From an uncultured Clostridia bacterium (GTDB lineage Bacteria; Bacillota; Clostridia; Christensenellales; UBA1242): a stretch of DNA of 64,000 nt. Location: NCBI GenBank assembly GCA_944345365.1, contig CALVMJ010000003.1, forward strand, positions 30,800 through 94,799, given 5' to 3'. The translations under genes and the position numbers were made by a program. The first letter of the stretch is position 1. Each line of letters opens with the position of its first letter. Shown piece by piece: positions 58,440 to 64,000 of the stretch. Under the pieces are notes generated by a model that saw only the letters and a program-made list of their open reading frames with translations, was not told where the DNA came from and did no database searches.

Positions 58440-59756
58440 ATGGAAGGGTTAAAAATCAAAAAAGTTCTCGCAAGGCAAATTCTTGATTCAAGGGGAAATC
58501 CAACTGTCGAAGTTGATGTCGTTTTGGAAAGTGGGATTCTTGGAAGGGCCAGTGTTCCGTCTGGGGCTTCAACAGGCTCTTTTGAGGCAGTTGAAATTAG
58601 AGATAAAAACAAGGAATATGCTGGGAAATCTGTTTTTAAAGCTGTTAATAATGTCAATAATATCATATCAAAAAAGTTAATAGGACAAAATGTTTTAAAG
58701 CAAAGAGAGATCGATAATTTAATGCTTGAAATTGATGGAACGGTTAATAAAAGTAATCTTGGAGCGAATGCAATTTTAGGTGTTTCTCTTGCTTGTGCAA
58801 AAGCAGGGGCTTTGGCAAGTGGAATGCCTCTTTTTAAATATTTAAGAAAAATCTTTAAGTTTAATTCTAAATCATATATTATGCCCGTTCCAATGATGAA
58901 TATCTTAAACGGTGGTAAACACGCAGACAACAACCTGAATTGCCAAGAGTATATGATAATGCCGGTTAGTGCAAAAAGTTTTAGCGAGGCTCTGAGAATG
59001 GGGACTGAGGTGTTTTATAGCTTAAAATCAGTTTTAAAGGAAAAGGGACTTTTGACTTCTGTTGGTGATGAAGGAGGATTTGCACCGAAACTTGCAAACG
59101 ACGAGCAGGGACTTGAGGTAATAGTTGAGGCAATAAAAAAAGCTGGGTATAAGGCAGGTGAAGACGTGAAAATTGCTCTTGACGTTGCCTCATCGGAAAT
59201 GTACTCTGAGGCTGAAAAAGCAGGGCAAAAAGGAAAATATTTCTTTTGGAAAACGGGTGAAATGTTTAGTTATAAACAGCTTATAAAATATTACGAAAAA
59301 TTGGTGAAAAAATATCCTATCGCTTCAATTGAAGATGGCCTTAATGAGGAAGATTGGGAGGGCTGGAAGGCTTTAACAAAATCGCTTGGAAACAAAATTT
59401 TGCTTGTCGGAGATGATTTGTTTGTAACTAATCCAAAAAGAATTGCCGAGGGAATAGATTTGGAAGTTGCTAACAGTGTTTTAATTAAGTTAAATCAAAT
59501 TGGAACTTTGAGTGAAACATTTGATGCAATTAATCTTGCGATAAAAAACAATTATAAGGCAGTTGTCTCACACAGAAGTGGTGAAACAGAAGACACAACG
59601 ATTTCTGATTTAGTTGTAGCCCTAAACTGTGGTCTAATTAAAACGGGAGCTCCTTGCAGAGGAGAAAGGGTGGCAAAGTATAATCAACTTCTAAGAATTG
59701 AAGAGGTTATAGGAAAGAAGGCAGAATTTAATTCTTCTTCTGTGTTGAAAAATTAG
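58440..59756 (+). CDS. eno: Enolase
   Basis: [35 protein letters not shown] and [22 protein letters not shown]. Extended -10 TGGTATAAT at 58412-58420 and RBS GAGGTG. Confidence 0.96.
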   Translation: MEGLKIKKVLARQILDSRGNPTVEVDVVLESGILGRASVPSGASTGSFEAVEIRDKNKEYAGKSVFKAVNNVNNIISKKLIGQNVLKQREIDNLMLEIDGTVNKSNLGANAILGVSLACAKAGALASGMPLFKYLRKIFKFNSKSYIMPVPMMNILNGGKHADNNLNCQEYMIMPVSAKSFSEALRMGTEVFYSLKSVLKEKGLLTSVGDEGGFAPKLANDEQGLEVIVEAIKKAGYKAGEDVKIALDVASSEMYSEAEKAGQKGKYFFWKTGEMFSYKQLIKYYEKLVKKYPIASIEDGLNEEDWEGWKALTKSLGNKILLVGDDLFVTNPKRIAEGIDLEVANSVLIKLNQIGTLSETFDAINLAIKNNYKAVVSHRSGETEDTTISDLVVALNCGLIKTGAPCRGERVAKYNQLLRIEEVIGKKAEFNSSSVLKN

Positions 59757-59785
59757 TTGACAAATTAAAGGCTGTTATTTATACT
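59757..59785 (+). promoter_or_regulatory. Promoter of the tyrS T-box leader
   Basis: TTGACA (59757-59762), a 17-nt spacer, then TATACT (59780-59785). It starts 1 nt after the eno stop. Confidence 0.65.
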
Positions 59786-59938
59786 AAGAATAATCAAAAT
59801 GGTGGAATAATCAAAGTAGCGTTATGTGGAGGACAAAGAGAGCTGTTGGTTGGTGAAAAACAGACAAAGCATAAAGTGAAACTACAATTATTTCAAGTTT
59901 TGCGTGGCTCGCGAAGAGCATAATAAGGAGCAAAGGGG

Positions 59939-60004
59939 CTGATATTTAGTGGTTAGGGAATTGAAAATTCACGTGCCCACGTTAAAAATATTGGTTGTCC
60001 CCAC
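59939..60004 (+). repeat. 66-nt direct repeat, copy 1 (inside the T-box leader)
   Basis: CTGATATTTAGTGGTTAGGGAATTGAAAATTCACGTGCCCACGTTAAAAATATTGGTTGTCCCCAC is identical to 60139-60204. Confidence 0.95.
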
Positions 60005-60138
60005 TATAAGAAACAAGCTGTAGGCAACTTTTTCGAAGAAGGGCTTAGCCCGACGAAAACAGTTGACTATTGCCCCTTACTTTGCGAAAAAATGTCCAGC
60101 GGAATTTTTGCAAAGGGGAAAGGGGAACGTGGGGAAAA

Positions 60139-60204
60139 CTGATATTTAGTGGTTAGGGAATTGAAAATTCACGTGCCCACGTTAAAAATATTGGTTGTCC
60201 CCAC
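60139..60204 (+). repeat. 66-nt direct repeat, copy 2 (immediately upstream of the T-box sequence)
   Basis: Perfect copy of 59939-60004, offset by exactly 200 nt. Confidence 0.95.
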
Positions 60205-60281
60205 GCTTAAATTTAGGTGGTACCACGAACACACGCTTCGTCCTAAAACTAGGATAAGCGTGTTTTTTTAAAGGAGGAATT

Positions 60282-61523
60282 ATGGTTGATAAAAATTTGT
60301 TTAATGAATTAAAGGAAAGAGGTCTCTTATATCAATGTACAGACGAAGAGGCATTAAAAAGCCTTTTGGAAAGTGGACAGCCAATAGCTCTTTATGAGGG
60401 GACGGATCCAACTGCCAACAGTTTGCATATTGGCCATTGTGTTCCATATTGTGTTTTAAGAAGATTTCAAAGGGCTGGTCATAAAGTTTTGCTTTTAATG
60501 GGAGGTGCGACGGCTTGTGTTGGAGATCCATCCGGGAAAAGTGATATGAGAAAAATGCTCTCAAAAGAAGAAATTAATTCAAATATTGAAAGTATTAAAA
60601 AAAGCCTTAGTGTTTTTCTTGATTTTGAGGGAGATAACCCAGCCGTTATTGTCAATAATGCAGATTGGTTTAACAATTTAAGTTACATCGATTTTATGAG
60701 GGAAATCGGTGTGCATTTTAATATCAATAAAATGCTATCAAGTGAGATTTATAACAAAAGGCTTGAACAGGGTGGTTTAACATTTTTCGAAATGGGGTAT
60801 ATGCCGATGCAAGCCTATGATTTTGTTCATCTAAACCAAAAATATGGTTGCGTTTTGCAATACGGTGGGGGAGATCAATGGGCGAATGTGGTTGCAGGGG
60901 TTGAGCTTCAAAGAAAATTAAATTTTTTAAATGGAACAAAGGTTAACTTAATTGGCGCTACAAATCCTTTGCTTTTAACACCAGAAGGAAAAAAGATGGG
61001 GAAAACGGAAAAGGGTGCTATATGGATTGACAAGGATAAAATATCTGCTTATGATTTCTATCAAGGTGTGTACCAAACTCCAGACGCTTGCGTGAAAATG
61101 ATGTTTGCTTTGTTTACAGACATTCCTATGGATAAGGTAGAAAGTATTATAAAGGAAGATATTGTTAAGGCAAAGAAGTATCTTTCATTTGAGATAACAA
61201 AGTTTATAAGGGGAGAAGAAGACGCTTTAAAGGCTCAACAAATGTCTGAAAACTTGTTTTCGCAAGGTGGAGATAATGCACCAGAAATTGTTATAACAAA
61301 AGACGAATTTGGCAATGGAATGGGAATTTGCGACCTTTTAGTTATAACAAAACTTTGCTCCTCAAAGAGTGAAGCCCGCAGAATGATCGAGGGGGGCGCA
61401 GTTACAGCAGGAGGAGAAAAGGTTTCAGATTTTTCAAGAGTTATAGGGCAAGAAGACTTAAAGGATAATGCGATTTTGCTAAAAAAAGGAAAAAAGAATT
61501 TTATTAAAGTGGTAATTAGATAA
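60282..61523 (+). CDS. tyrS: Tyrosine--tRNA ligase
   Basis: HIGH-type motif (SLHIGHCVP), KMSKS-type motif (KKMGKT) and a C-terminal S4-like domain (SKSEARRMIEGGAV). This is consistent with the UAC specifier of the leader. Confidence 0.93.
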   Translation: MVDKNLFNELKERGLLYQCTDEEALKSLLESGQPIALYEGTDPTANSLHIGHCVPYCVLRRFQRAGHKVLLLMGGATACVGDPSGKSDMRKMLSKEEINSNIESIKKSLSVFLDFEGDNPAVIVNNADWFNNLSYIDFMREIGVHFNINKMLSSEIYNKRLEQGGLTFFEMGYMPMQAYDFVHLNQKYGCVLQYGGGDQWANVVAGVELQRKLNFLNGTKVNLIGATNPLLLTPEGKKMGKTEKGAIWIDKDKISAYDFYQGVYQTPDACVKMMFALFTDIPMDKVESIIKEDIVKAKKYLSFEITKFIRGEEDALKAQQMSENLFSQGGDNAPEIVITKDEFGNGMGICDLLVITKLCSSKSEARRMIEGGAVTAGGEKVSDFSRVIGQEDLKDNAILLKKGKKNFIKVVIR

Positions 61524-61883
61524 ATGTTTGATAAAGAGAATGAACTCATTGAAAAGAAATCCAAGTTCTATGGCTTTTTACTTAAAGATGTAAGTGAGGA
61601 AAAAATAAAAAAAGCGTTAGACTTTTTGAAGAAAGAGCATAAAAAAGCCACGCATATTTGTTATGCTTACAGTATAAAAAATCCTTTTATGCAAAAGGCT
61701 GTCGATGACAATGAGCCGTCTGGCACAGCAGGAAGACCAATTTTATCCGTCATTATAAAAAGTGGAAGCGAAAATGTTTGCGTGTTTGTAGTTAGATATT
61801 TTGGAGGCATAAAACTTGGTGCAGGGGGGCTTGTAAGAGCATATACAAAAGTTGCATCTGGTTTGTTAAAGGGAGAAGGATAA
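61524..61883 (+). CDS. YigZ/IMPACT-family N-terminal domain protein (short, 119 aa)
   Basis: KKSKFYGFL.., ..HICYAY.., DDNEPSGTAGRPIL and VVRYFGGIKLGAGGLVRAY. The ATG directly abuts the tyrS stop. Confidence 0.75.
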   Translation: MFDKENELIEKKSKFYGFLLKDVSEEKIKKALDFLKKEHKKATHICYAYSIKNPFMQKAVDDNEPSGTAGRPILSVIIKSGSENVCVFVVRYFGGIKLGAGGLVRAYTKVASGLLKGEG

Positions 61884-62516
61884 GTGGTTATCACACAAAT
61901 AAAAAAAATAGGAAGAGGTGAAAGGTATTCTATTTTTATAGATGGGGTTTTTAATTGTGTCTTAGAGGCAGAAATTATCGTTAAGAATAGGCTTAAAAGC
62001 GGAATGGAAATTATTGATGAAAGGCTAGTCGAAATAAAGCTTGAAAATGGAAATATTTCTTGCTTTGAGAGAGCTTTGTCAACTTTGGAAAGAGGAGCAA
62101 AAACAGAAAAACAAATAAGAGATTATCTTTTATCAAAAGGATTTCTTGAAAAAAGTGTGGAAAGTGCAATCTTGAAATTAAAGGAATATGGCTATGTTGA
62201 CGATGAGGCCTATGCTGAGAATTATATAAAAACATATTCCAAAGTAAAAGGGAAAAACAGATTAAAAAAAGAACTTTTATTAAAGGGTATTTCAAGTAAT
62301 ATTATAAGTTATAAGCTGAATGAACTCTTTGATAAGGAAGAGGAATACAAAAACTGTGAAACTATTTGCCAAAAATACCTAAAAGGCAAGGAGAAAAACT
62401 TAAAAACAAAACAAAAAGCTTTTAATCATCTTTTAAACAAGGGTTTTGGATTTGATGTTGTTAAGAATGTGGTAGGGAAATGTTTTTTGGAGGTAGAAGA
62501 TGAGAGTTGGGATTGA
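61884..62516 (+). CDS. recX: RecA regulator RecX
   Basis: Three-repeat helical pattern (..ERALSTLERGAKTEKQIRDYLLSKGF..AILKLKEYGYVDDEAYAENYIK..). The GTG start abuts the preceding stop. Confidence 0.8.
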   Translation: MVITQIKKIGRGERYSIFIDGVFNCVLEAEIIVKNRLKSGMEIIDERLVEIKLENGNISCFERALSTLERGAKTEKQIRDYLLSKGFLEKSVESAILKLKEYGYVDDEAYAENYIKTYSKVKGKNRLKKELLLKGISSNIISYKLNELFDKEEEYKNCETICQKYLKGKEKNLKTKQKAFNHLLNKGFGFDVVKNVVGKCFLEVEDESWD

Positions 62517-62862
62517 TATCATGGAGGTTAACAGATTTACCTTAGATGAAAAATTCATAAGTAAAGTTGCATCTGAAAAAGAAATTCTTTACATAAACAA
62601 AAATGACTGCGAAAAAGGAAAACTCCAGCGTCTTGGTGCTTTGTGGTGTGTTAAGGAGGCAGTTTTTAAGTGTATTGGATTGGGCAGAGAAAGTGGTATC
62701 ACAATGAAAGATGTCGAGCTTTGTCACGAAGAAAACGGAAAACCTTATGTTATTCTAAAAGGAAGGGTGAAAGAGCAGTTTTTAAGCCTAGGATTAAAAG
62801 AACTTGAAATTTCTTTATCCCATAGTGATTTGTTTGTAACAGCTGTTTGCATTGCTAATTAA
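62500..62862 (+). CDS. acpS: Holo-[acyl-carrier-protein] synthase
   Basis: MRVGIDIMEVNRF, WCVKEAVFKCIG and ISLSHSDLFVTAVCI. Overlaps recX by 17 nt. Confidence 0.88.
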   Translation: MRVGIDIMEVNRFTLDEKFISKVASEKEILYINKNDCEKGKLQRLGALWCVKEAVFKCIGLGRESGITMKDVELCHEENGKPYVILKGRVKEQFLSLGLKELEISLSHSDLFVTAVCIAN

Positions 62863-62900
62863 AAAAAGTCAAAAAAACATTTGACTTTTTATTTTTTTTA
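62863..62900 (+). terminator. Rho-independent terminator after acpS
   Basis: AAAAGTCAA ... TTGACTTTT followed by a T-rich run. Confidence 0.65.
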
Positions 62901-63082
62901 TGATATATTATCCAAGCATCGCCTTTTTAGGCTATTTTGTAATTTTACGTGCTTTGACAAATTTGGCAAAAAGTCATATATCCCCACAGGGGGGAAATCG
63001 GCTTTTTTTTGCTAATATTTCCATTCGTGGTATATCATTGCAATTTGCAATTATATATAAATAAAAATAAGGAGGTATAGTT

Positions 63083-64000
63083 TTGTCAAAAGAAGATGCT
63101 CTTTTAGAAGAAAGAGAACGCTATCCTTTAATCAAGGAAAAGTTAAAGGAAAATCAAAAAGAAATTTTAAGGCTTTATGAAATTGCTTGGAAAAGTTGGG
63201 ATAGAGATCCCGAAAATCACGATGGCGCTCCCAGTGGAATTATGGAGATGTATGAGGAAATCATTAGAAACTATAACAGGCATCAGAATTCTCCGTATTT
63301 TGCAAGAATTATTTTTAAGGAAGAGGGAAGCGAGGAAAAAACTGATGTCTATATCGGAAAAATTGGATATGTTGATTTAGAGGATACCAAGCTTATAGAC
63401 TGGCGAGCACCTATTTCAGATTTATATTATAATGCGCCCCTTGGAATTGCTGAATATAAAGCCCCGCTAGAAACTGAAAGTATAAGGGGAGAGTTGTCTT
63501 TAAAGAGACAGATAAAAATTGAGAATAATTTTGTGGAAGCAATTTATGATTTTGAAAATGCCGTTTCGTCAGACGAATTTTTAAAGCCCTATTTAACAAC
63601 ATCGGCAGATAACAGGTTAAAGAACATTGTCTCCACAATTCAGCAAGAGCAAAATCAAATAATAAGGTGGGAGCTTAATAAAAATATAGTTGTTCAAGGA
63701 GTGGCAGGAAGTGGAAAAACAACGGTGGCATTACATAGATTGTCTTATTTAATGTATAATTACAGAAAATTTATAAAGCCTAAGGAATTTATGATAATTT
63801 CGCCTAACAAAGTTTTTAAAAGCTATATATCATCCTTGCTTGTTGACTTGGACGCCGACCAAGCGTATAGTTACGACCTTGAAGGAATTTTTAGGGAATA
63901 TACATCTGTTAAATGGAAAATCCTTGCAAAGCACGAGCAATATGAAAAACTAATGGAAAGAAAAATAAGTCCTGAGTACCTTAAATTTAAAAGCGAAAAA
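63083..64000 (+). CDS. helD: HelD-type (helicase IV-like, UvrD superfamily) RNA-polymerase-associated helicase, 3'-truncated by the window edge
   Basis: This ORF is open to the window end and is not in the supplied track. TTG start 7 nt after AAGGAGG. HelD-typical N-terminal region (..SPYFARIIF...DVYIGKIGY...IDWRAPISDLYYN..) is followed by Walker A VVQGVAGSGKTTVALHR. Confidence 0.8.
   Translation, partial: MSKEDALLEERERYPLIKEKLKENQKEILRLYEIAWKSWDRDPENHDGAPSGIMEMYEEIIRNYNRHQNSPYFARIIFKEEGSEEKTDVYIGKIGYVDLEDTKLIDWRAPISDLYYNAPLGIAEYKAPLETESIRGELSLKRQIKIENNFVEAIYDFENAVSSDEFLKPYLTTSADNRLKNIVSTIQQEQNQIIRWELNKNIVVQGVAGSGKTTVALHRLSYLMYNYRKFIKPKEFMIISPNKVFKSYISSLLVDLDADQAYSYDLEGIFREYTSVKWKILAKHEQYEKLMERKISPEYLKFKSEK

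Larger units (their letters stand above)
59790..60270 (+). promoter_or_regulatory. T-box riboswitch leader, Tyr specifier (UAC), unusually long (~480 nt)
   Basis: Stem I elements AGAGAG (~59849) and GGTGAAA (~59864). Specifier loop GAAAC-TAC-A with TAC at 59883-59885. T-box sequence AAATTTAGGTGGTACCACG at 59209-style position 60209-60227. Terminator ACACGCTTCGTCC/GGATAAGCGTGT plus T7 at 60231-60270. The downstream gene is tyrS. Confidence 0.85.

Noticed and set aside
58331-58933. N-terminal 201-aa extension of the ORF-track 635-aa minus-strand ORF (57026-58933)
   Set aside because: It runs antisense through the eno promoter and 5' coding region and has odd, low-complexity composition. The peptidase homology (HFLEH) begins only after the internal ATG at 58330, which has a perfect AGGAGG RBS.
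63037-63051. 15-bp palindrome ATTGCAATTTGCAAT upstream of helD as an operator
   Set aside because: It is a single occurrence in an AT-rich spacer. No second copy was seen in the window, and it cannot be distinguished from chance by eye.
1-64000. CRISPR array, tRNA or rRNA genes
   Set aside because: The periodic G-G-x-x-G signal is protein-level and degenerate at the DNA level. No regularly spaced identical 25-40-nt DNA repeats, no tRNA-like T-arm (GGTTCGAAT-type) signatures and no rRNA-like segments were seen.

Overview
AT-rich (about one-third G+C by eye) chromosomal segment that uses the standard genetic code. Gene content fits a low-GC monoderm (Bacillota / Mycoplasmatota-like): a T-box leader, helD, a YycJ-like/HtrA pair, rpoB-rpoC, uvrBA and uvrC, rplM-rpsI, trxB, ung, eno, tyrS, recX and acpS. 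No rRNA, tRNA, CRISPR array, transposase or integrase was recognised. The left half (nt 1-33,100) is dominated by two paralogous giant genes encoding modular surface proteins built from GLUG-like G-G-x-x-G repeats. One is truncated by the left window edge, with at least 4,192 aa visible. The other is a 3,402-aa predicted lipoprotein. They bracket a ~10 kb block of mostly small genes (radC, two paralogous membrane-anchored winged-helix-like proteins, a YycJ-like MBL hydrolase, a lipoprotein HtrA protease, hflX). The most unusual element is a 903-aa fusion of a PrgI/VirB3-like membrane segment to a VirB4-type ATPase. It sits 22 nt upstream of the giant lipoprotein gene, with no other conjugation or type IV secretion gene in view and rpoBC directly downstream. 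I flag this ATPase plus giant-protein arrangement as the best candidate for an undescribed export or surface-assembly system. Secondary oddities are a Tyr T-box leader carrying a perfect 66-nt direct repeat spaced exactly 200 nt apart, and a four-helix RNA-like element between two small genes. Others are Gly-rich and Y-x-Y-x-Y repeat regions in giant protein 1, and AT palindromes beside the uvrB and uvrC promoters. All family assignments come from reading motifs by eye. No database search was run.
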